A DNA stretch of 59,037 nt from Gemmatimonadota bacterium (GCA_040878815.1 JBBDLO010000036.1:1-59037), one strand, 5' to 3'. Counted from the stretch's first letter, positions 17,263 through 27,859 are shown. Numbers and translations: made by a program. The notes: generated by a model not told the origin, from the letters alone.

Positions 17263-17895
17263 GTGCGAATGATGCGAACGTCTTGGATGCCATTGCTGAT
17301 TGCGGGTCTCATCGTGCTGCCGGTCTCCTTGGCGGCCCAGCAGAATCGGCCCGCCAGCCCCCGTGGTGAGGCGTCCACGCAGGTGGGTGGAAGCTTCAAT
17401 GCCGACGGGGCTTTTCAGGGTGGATCGTGGATCGACGTCACCTACGGACGGCCGATTCTGCGTGGCCGCGAAGGGATGTTCGGTTCGGGTGCCACGTACG
17501 GCGACGGTCTCCTACTCGGCGCACCGCTCTGGCGGGTCGGGGCCGATCAGTCCACGCGCTTCCGCACGGAGGTCGCCCTCGAGTGGGAAGGGGGAGTCCT
17601 GCCGGCGGGCGAGTACAGCGTCTTCGCCGACCTGGCCGAGGACGAATGGACGCTGGTCTTCGCCGACTGGGGGGTGAAGCAGACTTTCCAGGAGGAGACG
17701 CCGAATGCTCTTTGGGGTGCCTACGGATACACGCCGGACCGCGACGTACTCCGCACTCCCATGCAACTGTCCACGCACTCGGTCTCCGCGGACCAGTTGA
17801 TCATCACCTTCACGGATATGACGCAGCAGGGCGGGAACTTCACGATCTGGTGGGACGATCAGATCGCCACGGCCCCCTTCACGGTCGCGCCCTGA
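17263..17895 (+). CDS. Secreted DUF2911-family protein
   Basis: Signal peptide MRMMRTSWMPLLIAGLIVLPVSLAAQ. DUF2911-like pattern: VTYGRPILRGRE..FG...LWRVGADQSTRFRTEV...LPAGEYSVFADLAEDEWTLVF. Confidence 0.6.
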   Translation: MRMMRTSWMPLLIAGLIVLPVSLAAQQNRPASPRGEASTQVGGSFNADGAFQGGSWIDVTYGRPILRGREGMFGSGATYGDGLLLGAPLWRVGADQSTRFRTEVALEWEGGVLPAGEYSVFADLAEDEWTLVFADWGVKQTFQEETPNALWGAYGYTPDRDVLRTPMQLSTHSVSADQLIITFTDMTQQGGNFTIWWDDQIATAPFTVAP

Positions 17896-17977
17896 TCCCA
17901 ATCGGTCGGAAGTCGGGCGGCCCGTTCGCCGGGCGGGCCGCCCGAATCGCTTCTGGGGGACTCCGGTTCCCCTATGA

Positions 17978-18526
17978 TCAGTGGGTGGGGATCACGGCGA
18001 TCGCCTGCATCCCGCGATCCCCCAACTCCTCGGAGAATCGCACCGACTGTCCCTCCTCGAGAGCCTCGAACCCTCGGCCCTGCACCGCATTGCGATGAAA
18101 GTAGAGTTCACGCCCGTCGAAGCATTCCAGAAATCCGTAGCCTTCCCCAGGAAATAGGCGGGCGACCCGCCCCATCGTGGGGGTCTCTGCGCTCTTGCTC
18201 TCTGCACGCCGCTTTCTGGCGTGTTCGAGAAGTCGGGTTCGGGCCGTATCGAAGGCCTCCCCAATCGCGACGACGACATCTTCGTTGGCTACTTCCTCCG
18301 GGGGGAGCCGGCTCACTACGATCTCCGCACCCGGCACGGTAAGATCCACGCGCACCCGATACAGATTGCCCTGCCGGTGCCGCCGATGAGGAAGCTCCAC
18401 GGCGATCCGACAGGCCATGATCTGGTCGTGAACCTCCTCCAGTTGAGCGATTCCACTCTCGATGGCACGCTCTACCGCGTCGGTGCGAGGAACGTCTCTG
18501 AGGGCAATCTCCGGTGGTACCTGCAT
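17978..18526 (-). CDS. HPF/RaiA (S30AE) ribosome-associated domain fused to a C-terminal cold-shock domain
   Basis: The N-terminal half, MQVPPEIALRDVPRTDAVERAIESGIAQLEEVHDQIMACRIAVE...YRVRVDLTVPGAEIVV...VVVAIGEAFDTARTRLLEHARKRR, has the HPF/YfiA pattern. The C-terminal half, GRVARLFPGEGYGFLECFDGRELYFHRNAV..GFEALEEGQSVRFSEELGDRGMQA, has the CspA-like OB-fold pattern. I place the start at ATG 18526, with GGAG 6 nt upstream. Confidence 0.75.
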   Translation of the reverse strand: MQVPPEIALRDVPRTDAVERAIESGIAQLEEVHDQIMACRIAVELPHRRHRQGNLYRVRVDLTVPGAEIVVSRLPPEEVANEDVVVAIGEAFDTARTRLLEHARKRRAESKSAETPTMGRVARLFPGEGYGFLECFDGRELYFHRNAVQGRGFEALEEGQSVRFSEELGDRGMQAIAVIPTH

Positions 18527-18554
18527 CTCCATCTCCGATTCCGCCCATTGGCGG

Positions 18555-18806
18555 TCAATGATCGTTCGTAGTGGGTGAATTTTCCTCGTCACGGCCGTGA
18601 TCCGTGACGCCCTTCCCACTCGGCAGAAAGCGTAGGAAGAAGCCAGCCACGAGGATCCCGGTGGCCAACATCACGATCCAATCGATCTGCAGCATGATAC
18701 CGCCCAGGGCGAGCGCGGCTCCGGCGGCGAAGAACCGAACCTTCCACGCCAACCAGGGATAGTCGTCCGCCCGGCGCACTCGGTCGAGAAAGAGGAGGGG
18801 CATCAC
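18555..18806 (-). CDS. Small two-TM membrane protein, hypothetical
   Basis: Its ATG overlaps the stop of the upstream B12-binding subunit gene (ATGA). Two hydrophobic helices are present ([17 protein letters not shown] and [17 protein letters not shown]). Confidence 0.5.
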   Translation of the reverse strand: MMPLLFLDRVRRADDYPWLAWKVRFFAAGAALALGGIMLQIDWIVMLATGILVAGFFLRFLPSGKGVTDHGRDEENSPTTNDH

Positions 18807-19246
18807 ATTTGTCCGGCAGCGACCTGCTGCCGGATGTATTCCACGGCCTCTCCGGTGGTACTCCCCGGTCCAAAGAGCCGACCGACCCCCATCTCCGCGA
18901 GGGAAGCCGCATCCTCTGAGGGAATGATGCCGCCGCCTGTCACCAGCACCTCTCCGCGTCCCTTCGCCCGGAGGAGTTCGAGCACGCGTGGGAAAAGGGT
19001 CATGTGCGCCCCGGAGAGAACGGAGAGCGCCACAACGTCCACGTCCTCCTGGACAGCGGCGTTCACGATCATCTCCGGCGTCTGGTGAAGTCCGGTGTAG
19101 ATCACCTCGAAGCCCGCGTCACGAAGGGCGGTCGCAATGACCCGGGCCCCCCGGTCGTGACCATCCAGACCCGGCTTGGCCACCAAAACGCGAACCCTTC
19201 GATCTACTGGAGTCATGGGGACGGGAGCGCCCGCACGGGAGAACAT
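18803..19246 (-). CDS. Methylmalonyl-CoA mutase small subunit (cobalamin-binding domain only)
   Basis: The sequence [63 protein letters not shown] contains the DxHxxG B12-binding signature. The start was re-called to an internal Met. Confidence 0.85.
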   Translation of the reverse strand: MFSRAGAPVPMTPVDRRVRVLVAKPGLDGHDRGARVIATALRDAGFEVIYTGLHQTPEMIVNAAVQEDVDVVALSVLSGAHMTLFPRVLELLRAKGRGEVLVTGGGIIPSEDAASLAEMGVGRLFGPGSTTGEAVEYIRQQVAAGQM

Positions 19247-19339
19247 GGACCGATAGACGGCCTCATCGGCATCGCGAATCGAAGGGCAAGGGGGAACACG
19301 ATCAAGGCTACCCCTCGACACGGTTCTCGGATCCGAAAG

Positions 19340-22300
19340 TCAGGAGCCCAGGAGGATTTCGACGCGAAGGGCGGCGCTCGGGGCCTCGGTCCTCTCGCCC
19401 CCGGTCGCGCCGCCGAAGAGTGGAATGGCCCGATGGTCCACCTCGACTCCATCCAGAAGGCAGCGCTTCACCCCCTGCGACACGCGAGCGGGATTCCGAA
19501 CGCGAATCTCCACGAGCGTATCGTCGACCCAGATATCCACGTCGAACCCGTCCCACCCCGACGGGATACAGGGGTCGACCCGTAGCGCCGCCCCGTCTCT
19601 TCGCACTCCGAGCACATCTTCGAGCGTCACACGCCAGAGCCATCCGGCCGATCCCGTGTACCAGGTCCACCCCCCTCGACCCAGATGGGGCTCGACCCCA
19701 TAGACGTCGGCCGCGATCACGTACGGCTCCACACGATATCGCTCGGTGCCCTCCCGCCCCTCGGCGTGTCGGGTGGGGAGCAGGAGCCGGAGAAGTGCCC
19801 CGGCTCGCTCGCCGTCACCCACGCGTGCAAAGGCCCGAAGAAGCCACGCCGCGGCGTGCGTATACTGCCCGCCGTTCTCACGCACGCCTGGGGGATATGC
19901 GGCGATGTATCCGGGGTTCGGCCCCTCCCCCGCAAACGGGGGCGCGAGAAGGAGGACGATTCCATCTCGCTCCTTCACCAGTTCGCGCCAGGCGGACTCG
20001 AGGGCGATCCGTGCACGCGTGGGATCTGCCGCCTCCGATAGAACACCCCACGACTGTGCGATCGAGTCGATCCGCGCCTCCCGAGAGTCTCGCGAACCGA
20101 GTGGCGTCCCGTCGTCGAAGAACGCCCTTCGATACCATTCCCCATCCCACCCATGGGCCTCCACGGCTTCGCACACCCGGGTGCTCCACTCCTCGAGGCG
20201 CAGCACCGTTCGACCCTCACCGCGCGCCCGGGCGATGGGGAGGAGGAGCCGACAGGTATCGATGAAGAACCAGCCGAGCCAGATGCTCTCCCCACGCCCT
20301 TCCTTTCCTACGCGATCCATCCCGTCGTTCCAGTCCCCGGTGCCCATCAGAGGCAGTCCCCGAGGCGACAGGAGGCTTGCCGTATGGCTCACCGCTCTCA
20401 ACGCGTGCTCCCAGAGGGATTCCTGCACCTCGGATTCCGAGAAGAGGTCGTAGTTCTCATCCTCGTCCGGAGCCAGCACGGGCCCGGCGAGGTAGGGAAC
20501 ACTGAGATCGAGCACGGAGGGATCTCCGGTCCATCGCACGGTCTGTGCAAGGACCCAGGGAAGCCAGAGTAGATCGTCGGAACAGCGCGTTCGAACGCCT
20601 CGAAGCGTATCCGGATGCCACCAGTGTAGGACGTCTCCCTCGATGAACTGTCGGCGGGCGGCCTCCGCCAACTGAGTCACGGCCCGCGAGGGATCGAGAG
20701 GGAGGAGGGCATAGGAGTCCTGGAGCTGATCCCGGAATCCGAAGGCACCCCCGGACTGATAGAACCCCGTTCGGCCCCGCAGACGCGATGAGATCGTCTG
20801 GTAGGGGAGCCACCCGTTCATCAGCTGATCCAGCCCCGCCTCCGGCGTTCGTACCCGTACGCGCCCCAGGTATCCCCGCCATGCCATCGCCTCCGCATCG
20901 GCCAGATCCGGCCCACGCTCATCCGACGCCGAAGACTCGCCGGGCCGGAGCGTCTCGAGTATGCCGTCCAAGGCGTCGCGTTTCTCGGCGGTCCCGAGAA
21001 AGAAGGAGACCTCGGCCTCCTCACCCGGGTAGAGGACCATCTGTCTTCGGATCACGGCGCAGGGCCGTCCATTCGGCACCGTCCGTTCGCCCGGCTGCAT
21101 CTGCAGGAGCCCGATGGGAACCCGCTCCAGCGGTCCAGCCATCCCCAGAAACTCTTCCCGGTCCGTCGCCATTCCATCCGCGCGGCGGTCCGAGGCGAGG
21201 AAGGCAATACGCTGCGGAAACTTGAGGGAGTAGGGATTGCGCGCCGTCACCGCCGACCGGTGGGCATCGAACTGCACCTGCAATCGTCCGGAGGTCATGT
21301 CCGGGCGAGACCCGAGGACCCAATCCGCGAAGTAAAAGGCGGAGAACCGGCGAGGCCGCGTTCCCCTGTTCTTGAGCGAGAGGCGAACCACCTTGACCGG
21401 AAGCGAGGGGTGAAGGAACCAGGTGATCTTCTCATCCACCTCGTCTCCGGAGACCTCGAGGGAGGTACGCCCCCACCCATGGCGGACTTCATGGGTGCGT
21501 TCGAGCCCCAACGGACCCGGGGCCGGCGTCCACACCTTCCCGTCCTCATCGTCCCGTAGGTAGAGAACCTCCCCGCGGGATCCCAGGACAGGATCATTGT
21601 GCCAGGGGGTGAGGCGGAATTCTCCCGCGTCTTCCGCCCAGGTGAACCCGCCTCCCGATTCGGTGACGAGGAAACCGAACCGATCTCGCGCAATCAGATT
21701 CACCCATGGCGCCGGCGTGACCTCGCCGGCTCGCAATCGGATCACGTACTCACCCGACTCGGGGTCGAATCCGCCGAAGGCGGAGGGAGCGATGAGCCGT
21801 CCGCCCGATTCCGGAGGAAGCGGCGGACTGGCCTCGGACCGGTCGACCCCGGGAGACGCAACAGACCGGCGGAGGTCGGAAACGCCGCCCACGATTCTGG
21901 AAAGGGGAGTGTGGGCCCGTCTTCCCGCCACGACCTCAGCCTCGAGCGAGGGTGCGGTGGCCTGGATCGTGACGGCAGCCAGCGCACGAAGGCGCAACTG
22001 CTCCTCCGTTCCCATATCGTCGGCCCGGACGACGTGGATCCCTCCGGGCCGGCCCAATGCCTCTTCCGCTCCCACAGACGAAAGCATGACTCGAACGCGA
22101 TCTCGAAGAAGATCCTGATACTCACCCACACCCTTTCCGATCACCACGAGGTCGATGAGCTGCCCTCGTGCGCGCCACCACCGCTGGGCCCGGACCAGAT
22201 CGGCCAGGACGGGCGAACCGTCTCCGGAATCGCCCTCGACGAGAATGAAGGGGATGTCGCCCGAGATCCCCCAACGCCAGAGGGAGGACTGCCGGAGATC

Positions 22301-25300
22301 CAACGTGCGGTCGAACTCCGGGGGAATCCGTGCTACCATGCCGCGAGGTCGGAGCACCTGCGCCAAGAGCTCGTTCCAGACGGCCGGGGATTCGGCGTCG
22401 GCCTCGAGGCGGATGAGCTCCCCCTCGGCCCGCGCGCGCGCCTGGATACGCGCCCAGTCCCGTCGTCGTGGAGACCGCAGTTCGGCGGCATTCTTCAGCA
22501 CTGTGGCCCGGTCCGGTCCGACGGCCAAGAGCACGGTGAAGGCGAAGTCTCCCCAGGGTGGGAGGTCGACATCGAGGACCGCACAGGCCATCGGATCAAG
22601 CGGATGATGCGGGCCCGTGGGCGGGGCCAGGAGATGTGGATCGAGAAGCGCCTGCGGACGTGTGCGGCTTCCCCGTCGACCCAGAAACGCCTCGCGACTC
22701 GTGCCCCACTTGAGCGATTCAAGGGGTCCTTCAGCCCCGAGGATCGCGGCCAATAGGACCGGGGGAGACTCGTCCTCACTCCGAGGACGGCGCTCGAACA
22801 GAAGGCCTTCGCCACCCGAGAGCGCCTCCGCACGCACGAAGAGCTTCTGGAAGGCGGGGTGTCGGAGGTCGTCCTGCGCCGGGGCGAGAGCGAGCTCCGC
22901 CGCCAGTGCCATCCGCAGGAACCTCGGTCGGGAAGACTCGTTCGCAAAGACGAATTGACGCACCTCTACGCCGGCTACCGGAGGAAGGAAGACATCCATG
23001 CGGGTTCGCAGGCCGCGCGTCTTCCGCATGAACTCGGCTCGGTGCGGCTCGAAAACGATCTGTTGGTCATCGGAGGGAGGCGCCAACGGATCCGGGAGCG
23101 GTCGCCAGCTCTCGTCCGACGTCCGATCGAGCACGATGATGTCGGCCCCTCCACCGTCATCCGCTGGACCCGGCTCCCCGCGAATGACGGACCAATCACC
23201 CCACCGACTCCCGCCCCGTCCGTCGGGACCCAGCGACACGACCAGCTTTCCGCTCGCCAGGTGCTGAATCGGTGCGGGCACGCGGTCGACCGGTGGAGAC
23301 CAACTCCGAACTCCTCCGCCGCTCCCGCCCGGAATGACCGCCACGCTTCGGTCGACCCACTTGCGTTCCACCGAACGACGCCACGGAATCCGTTCGAAGA
23401 GGTACGGCTCGATCGTGCCGATCCGCGGGTCGCGGTGGAATCGGTCTACCAGCCGATGACCCGTGAGGTGGTTCCCCAGCGCTGCGAGGATCATCCCATG
23501 GTGGTGGCTCATATAGGATCGAACCACCCGCGGTTCGTACTTCCACTCAGACTTTCGTCCGAAGTCCAGCGCCTCGTAGGGACCCCACGGACCCATCCCG
23601 TCGAGTTGCGTAATGTGCTCGAGATTACGGAGGGCCGCACCGGGCGCGAAGGAGACGGCCATGAGCGAGGCGTACGGGGCGACGACGACCCGTGACCCGG
23701 CGTTGCGTCGAAGTCCCAGCGTCGGGACACCGAAGGCTCGATACTGATAGTGGCCCTCGGGGCTCAGCACATGATAACCGGACTCGGAAATCCCCCAGGG
23801 AATCCGCTCGCGCCGGCCATATTCGACCTGCACCTGTACGGCCCGCCGGCACGCCTCCTCCAGAACCGTTTCCGGCGGCATCCGCAGGAAGAGGGTGGGC
23901 ATGAGATACTCGAACATCGTTCCCGCCCAGGAGACGAGCAGGGGACCCCGATCGGTCCAGATGAAGGGGCGACCCAGGTGCAGCCAGTGTGCAGGCGGAG
24001 CCTCCCCCTTTGCGATAGCAACGGCACTGGCGATCCGCGCCTCCGATGCCAGCAAGTCGTAATGGTTCGCGTCGAGTTCCCCACCGGACACCGAGAATCC
24101 GATGCGAAAGAGTTCCCGCTTCGAATCGTACAGGAAAGAGAAGTCCATCTCCTCGAACCAGAGTTCGAGAACCGTCGAGACCCGGTCGATGTCTTCGAGG
24201 AGGAGTCGAACCGCCGAGAGCGACTCGTCGAGAAGCGCACCGAGGTGCTCCCTCCCTTCCCCACCCGGATCCCCCGAGCCGACGGACTCGACGGTCCCGG
24301 ACTGGGTCCGCGCCCGGGCCATCTCCGCCTCGAGGCGACTGGCCATCTGGACCAACGACGGAATGTGCTTCGTTTCGGGTATGATCCGCGCATGCAGCTC
24401 TCGTATGCCGGCATGCGACTCGTGGCGGACGGAGACCCATGGGAAGAGACGTGTCACCTCGGTCAGCGCCCGGTCCGCATCGCCGCGAAGGTGACCCATC
24501 CAAGCGTGCACGGCGCTCCACCGCTCCGAAACGGAGGCTTCGCCCGAAGTCTCGTGAATCTGGAGAAAGTGCGCCTCCACCTTCGGAAGCTCTACTTCGA
24601 GGAGTTCCTCGAGAACTCGGACATAGGGGGTGAGCCCCTCCGTCCAGGCCGCTCCCAGTCGGCGCTCGATCCAGCCCGTCAGGGCTTCGACTTCGAGGGC
24701 CAACGCTTGGGCGCCCCCGTCTCCCCTCATTTCGCGAAGGATCTCGCTCACCACGCGCGACGTGTCCTGGAGGGACTCGACGCGGCGCTCCGCAATGACG
24801 GGGGACGTCCGCACCTCGCGAAGCGTCTCTCGGGTAACGAGGAGAGCCGCCGCGAGATTGCCCGAGTCCACGGTCGATACGTAGAGCGGGTGGAGCGGCT
24901 CCAGATTCGAGGTGTCGTACCAGTTCAGGAAATGGCCTCGGTGCCGGGTCAACCGTTCCATGCCGTCGACGGTATCGCGAAGCCGAGTCAGCAGTCCCGG
25001 CGTCCCGAGAAAGCCCAGATCCCACGCCGTTACCGCGGCCGTCATCGCCATCCCGATATTCGTCGGAGACGTTCGATGGGCTACCTCTGCGCCCGGATCC
25101 TCCTGAAAGTGGTCGGGTGCCAGCCAATGCTGTTCAGACCTCTGAAATCGCTCGTAGTATCCCCAGATCCGACGGGCCACGGCACGGGCCCGGACGCGCG
25201 GAAACTCGCCTCGGGGTTCGCGGAGCGGTCCCCGGGATCGGCTCACCGTGTGCGCGAGGAGGGGCGAAAGTGCCCAGAGTACGAGGAAGGGTGTGGCGAC

Positions 25301-27859
25301 CAGGGGAAAGGCACCCGGTCGCAGAATCAGGCCGCCTGCTACGCTGAACGCCAGGAGAGGTCCTACGCGCACATGCCGGAGCATGAGGGCCATGGACCCC
25401 GAGGCGCTGAGGATCCGGGATGTCGCGGCAGCCGTCGTCCACTCCAGGAGCCCACGACGGCTGACCCCCATTCGATGGCAGGCGCGGACGATGGCGTCGG
25501 CCGCGTTCCACGCCTCCAGTGGGAGCAAGGAGAGATCGAGGAACCACCGTCCCAGCGCACGCCCTACGGCCCTCCGTTCCGCTTCGAAGTCTGCCCGGCG
25601 AGGCAGATGGCGGAGAAAGCGGAACGCCGCGTCCACGGAACCCAACAGGAAGGGAAGCCCGATCAGCGCGGCCAAGCTGAAAGACCAGGCGAGCGCCCCT
25701 TCCGGCAGAAATATCCATCCGGCGATCAGCAAGAGGAGAATCGCGATCGGCTGAACCGATCGGCGAAGGTTGTCGAAGATCATCCAACGCGAAAGGCCGT
25801 TGAGCGGATTCCTCAGCCGCTCGCCGCGCTCACCCGGAACGCGAGGCAGGAGCCAGGGAGAGATCTGCCAGTCGCCCCGAATCCAGCGATGGGTTCGTCG
25901 TGTGTGGGCCAGGAGGTGCCCGGGAAAGTCCTCCAGGAGGATGAGGTCGGAGACGAGCCCTGCCCGTCCGTGCGCGCCCTCGAAGAGATCGTGACTGAGG
26001 AGGGCATTCTCCGGAGTTCGGCCCGCCAGGCTCCCCTCGAAGGCCCGCACATCGTAGATCCCCTTACCGGCGAAGATCCCCTGATCGAAGAGGTCCTGGT
26101 AAACGTCGAAGGAGGCATGGGCATAGAGGTCCAACCCCTGAATCCCTCCGGAAACTCGACTGAAGAGGGTGCCGCCATCGGGATCGGGAAGGATCTCGAT
26201 TCGGGGCTGCAGAACGGAGTACCCGCGAAGGATCTTCCCGCCCGCTCCTACCTCCGGACGATTGAGCGGATGAGCCATCGTCCCCACGAGGCGGGCCGCC
26301 GCGTTCCGGGGGAGGCGGGTATCCGCATCCAGCGTGAGGACGAACGGGGTGTCTTCGAGGCGCTCGGGGGCCCCTTCGACGACCCAGAGATCCGAGGGAC
26401 GCCCCAGGAGAAGGAGATTGAATTCCGCCAACTTCCCACGCTTGCGCTCCCAACCCATCCAGACTCCCTCCACCGGATTCCACCGTCGGGGCCGATGGAG
26501 GAGGAGGAAGGGCCCCGTTCGACCCTTTCCATGGCGCTCGTTCAGGGCCCGAATTCCCAGTGCGGCATGCGAAAGCACCGCCTCTTCCCCATCGAGTCTC
26601 TGTGACGGTGCGTCCGGAAAATCCGACACCAGGGCGAAGGTGAGTGCGGGATCGGAGTTGGCCTGATAGTTGGTCTCCAGGGTGTGGAGGAGATCGTCCA
26701 CGTCCTCGCGGGATCCCAGGAGACAGGGCACGGCGACGACGGTGCGAAACGCCTCCGGAATCCCGGCTCGGACATCCAATCGAGGGAGTGCCCGGGGGGC
26801 CGTGAATTGCCCGGCGAGACGATTCGTGAGCGAGACGGCCAATCCCAACCCCACCACAAGCCCGAAGGGGAGGAATGCCAGGGCCAGGAGCCCCACAGGC
26901 TCGGCCAATCCCCAGAGCACCGCGAGGAACGCAACCGTCAGAACACCGATCCCCCCGAAGTACATCCAGCCGAGCCGCATACGGCGGAGCGAGGGAATTC
27001 CATTCCACGCGGGACGAATTCCCAACTCTCGGAGGAGGGCCCCGCGCCCCTCGTCGATGAGGTAGAATCCGACATGCCCTTCCCTGGATTCCATCGCGGA
27101 GCCGCGGGCCAACTCGAGGACCTGCCGAGCCACCACATCCTCTTCGATCTTGGCCCGGGTGGCGATGCGCTCCACCTGCTTGCGAAAGCGGTCTCGGGTC
27201 CGGAAATCCATCGCCGGATAGACGCCGGCCGGGTCCTCTCGGAGCACCTCTTCCACGCGACTGAGCGACTCGACGATGTCTCGCCAGTCCTCGCCGGCAA
27301 GGGTGCGCAGCGAGAGGATATAGGGTCCGACCTCGATCCGGTCCAGCGAACCCTGCACATGGGCGAGGAGCTCCTCCAACAGGGCGAGCCGGAGAAAGGC
27401 AGGGAGGGCCCAGAGCTCGGCCAGACGGAGGGAACGAACCTCCTGGTATCCGGTCAGGAAGGGGAGGATCTCTTCGATCTCGACGCGACCCCCGTCCCGG
27501 CGGACGATCTCCTGGGCGAGGACTTCCACGCGGGTCATTCCACGGGACGGCTCTGGATGGCGCAGCCCGGGGAGTCGCGCCAAGAAGGCCGGTGGAAGCG
27601 CCCCATCGAGCTCTTCCAGGGCCTCGGCGATGATGAAGTCGTTCTCGAGGAGCCACCGCCACCCCCCGGGGGCTACCCGCTTTTCGCCATTTCCAGCGAG
27701 CTCATCGCGCGCCTGTCGAAACACCTTGGCGAAGTCGCGGTCGAGACTACGGAGGCGACGCCGAAGCGCTCGGTCGCGAAGGACCGATGGACCCAATACA
27801 TGGCGGGCGGCAAGGCGATGGCCTTCCCGTCGGGAGGCGTCACTCAGAAGTGTGGGCAT
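19340..27859 (-). CDS. ndvB: Cyclic beta-1,2-glucan synthase (NdvB/ChvB/Cgs type: membrane GT84 domain plus C-terminal GH94 phosphorylase-like region)
   Basis: Single 2839-aa ORF. The N-terminal WLLENDFIIAEALEEL motif is typical of this family. There is a multi-TM GT region with LTLDADTRLPRNAAARLVGTMAHPLNRP, and a C-terminal GH94-like region with GTGDWNDGMDRVG, GGQYTHAAAW and GGWTWYTGSAGW. The size matches known synthases of about 2800-2900 aa. Confidence 0.85.
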   Translation of the reverse strand: MPTLLSDASRREGHRLAARHVLGPSVLRDRALRRRLRSLDRDFAKVFRQARDELAGNGEKRVAPGGWRWLLENDFIIAEALEELDGALPPAFLARLPGLRHPEPSRGMTRVEVLAQEIVRRDGGRVEIEEILPFLTGYQEVRSLRLAELWALPAFLRLALLEELLAHVQGSLDRIEVGPYILSLRTLAGEDWRDIVESLSRVEEVLREDPAGVYPAMDFRTRDRFRKQVERIATRAKIEEDVVARQVLELARGSAMESREGHVGFYLIDEGRGALLRELGIRPAWNGIPSLRRMRLGWMYFGGIGVLTVAFLAVLWGLAEPVGLLALAFLPFGLVVGLGLAVSLTNRLAGQFTAPRALPRLDVRAGIPEAFRTVVAVPCLLGSREDVDDLLHTLETNYQANSDPALTFALVSDFPDAPSQRLDGEEAVLSHAALGIRALNERHGKGRTGPFLLLHRPRRWNPVEGVWMGWERKRGKLAEFNLLLLGRPSDLWVVEGAPERLEDTPFVLTLDADTRLPRNAAARLVGTMAHPLNRPEVGAGGKILRGYSVLQPRIEILPDPDGGTLFSRVSGGIQGLDLYAHASFDVYQDLFDQGIFAGKGIYDVRAFEGSLAGRTPENALLSHDLFEGAHGRAGLVSDLILLEDFPGHLLAHTRRTHRWIRGDWQISPWLLPRVPGERGERLRNPLNGLSRWMIFDNLRRSVQPIAILLLLIAGWIFLPEGALAWSFSLAALIGLPFLLGSVDAAFRFLRHLPRRADFEAERRAVGRALGRWFLDLSLLPLEAWNAADAIVRACHRMGVSRRGLLEWTTAAATSRILSASGSMALMLRHVRVGPLLAFSVAGGLILRPGAFPLVATPFLVLWALSPLLAHTVSRSRGPLREPRGEFPRVRARAVARRIWGYYERFQRSEQHWLAPDHFQEDPGAEVAHRTSPTNIGMAMTAAVTAWDLGFLGTPGLLTRLRDTVDGMERLTRHRGHFLNWYDTSNLEPLHPLYVSTVDSGNLAAALLVTRETLREVRTSPVIAERRVESLQDTSRVVSEILREMRGDGGAQALALEVEALTGWIERRLGAAWTEGLTPYVRVLEELLEVELPKVEAHFLQIHETSGEASVSERWSAVHAWMGHLRGDADRALTEVTRLFPWVSVRHESHAGIRELHARIIPETKHIPSLVQMASRLEAEMARARTQSGTVESVGSGDPGGEGREHLGALLDESLSAVRLLLEDIDRVSTVLELWFEEMDFSFLYDSKRELFRIGFSVSGGELDANHYDLLASEARIASAVAIAKGEAPPAHWLHLGRPFIWTDRGPLLVSWAGTMFEYLMPTLFLRMPPETVLEEACRRAVQVQVEYGRRERIPWGISESGYHVLSPEGHYQYRAFGVPTLGLRRNAGSRVVVAPYASLMAVSFAPGAALRNLEHITQLDGMGPWGPYEALDFGRKSEWKYEPRVVRSYMSHHHGMILAALGNHLTGHRLVDRFHRDPRIGTIEPYLFERIPWRRSVERKWVDRSVAVIPGGSGGGVRSWSPPVDRVPAPIQHLASGKLVVSLGPDGRGGSRWGDWSVIRGEPGPADDGGGADIIVLDRTSDESWRPLPDPLAPPSDDQQIVFEPHRAEFMRKTRGLRTRMDVFLPPVAGVEVRQFVFANESSRPRFLRMALAAELALAPAQDDLRHPAFQKLFVRAEALSGGEGLLFERRPRSEDESPPVLLAAILGAEGPLESLKWGTSREAFLGRRGSRTRPQALLDPHLLAPPTGPHHPLDPMACAVLDVDLPPWGDFAFTVLLAVGPDRATVLKNAAELRSPRRRDWARIQARARAEGELIRLEADAESPAVWNELLAQVLRPRGMVARIPPEFDRTLDLRQSSLWRWGISGDIPFILVEGDSGDGSPVLADLVRAQRWWRARGQLIDLVVIGKGVGEYQDLLRDRVRVMLSSVGAEEALGRPGGIHVVRADDMGTEEQLRLRALAAVTIQATAPSLEAEVVAGRRAHTPLSRIVGGVSDLRRSVASPGVDRSEASPPLPPESGGRLIAPSAFGGFDPESGEYVIRLRAGEVTPAPWVNLIARDRFGFLVTESGGGFTWAEDAGEFRLTPWHNDPVLGSRGEVLYLRDDEDGKVWTPAPGPLGLERTHEVRHGWGRTSLEVSGDEVDEKITWFLHPSLPVKVVRLSLKNRGTRPRRFSAFYFADWVLGSRPDMTSGRLQVQFDAHRSAVTARNPYSLKFPQRIAFLASDRRADGMATDREEFLGMAGPLERVPIGLLQMQPGERTVPNGRPCAVIRRQMVLYPGEEAEVSFFLGTAEKRDALDGILETLRPGESSASDERGPDLADAEAMAWRGYLGRVRVRTPEAGLDQLMNGWLPYQTISSRLRGRTGFYQSGGAFGFRDQLQDSYALLPLDPSRAVTQLAEAARRQFIEGDVLHWWHPDTLRGVRTRCSDDLLWLPWVLAQTVRWTGDPSVLDLSVPYLAGPVLAPDEDENYDLFSESEVQESLWEHALRAVSHTASLLSPRGLPLMGTGDWNDGMDRVGKEGRGESIWLGWFFIDTCRLLLPIARARGEGRTVLRLEEWSTRVCEAVEAHGWDGEWYRRAFFDDGTPLGSRDSREARIDSIAQSWGVLSEAADPTRARIALESAWRELVKERDGIVLLLAPPFAGEGPNPGYIAAYPPGVRENGGQYTHAAAWLLRAFARVGDGERAGALLRLLLPTRHAEGREGTERYRVEPYVIAADVYGVEPHLGRGGWTWYTGSAGWLWRVTLEDVLGVRRDGAALRVDPCIPSGWDGFDVDIWVDDTLVEIRVRNPARVSQGVKRCLLDGVEVDHRAIPLFGGATGGERTEAPSAALRVEILLGS

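Noticed and set aside
19340-27859. The 2839-aa ORF as a possible NRPS/PKS, polymorphic toxin or giant adhesin.
   Set aside because: No condensation, adenylation, KS or repeat-adhesin motifs are present. The N-terminal WLLENDF motif, the DAD glycosyltransferase region and the GH94 DWNDG signature fit cyclic beta-1,2-glucan synthase.
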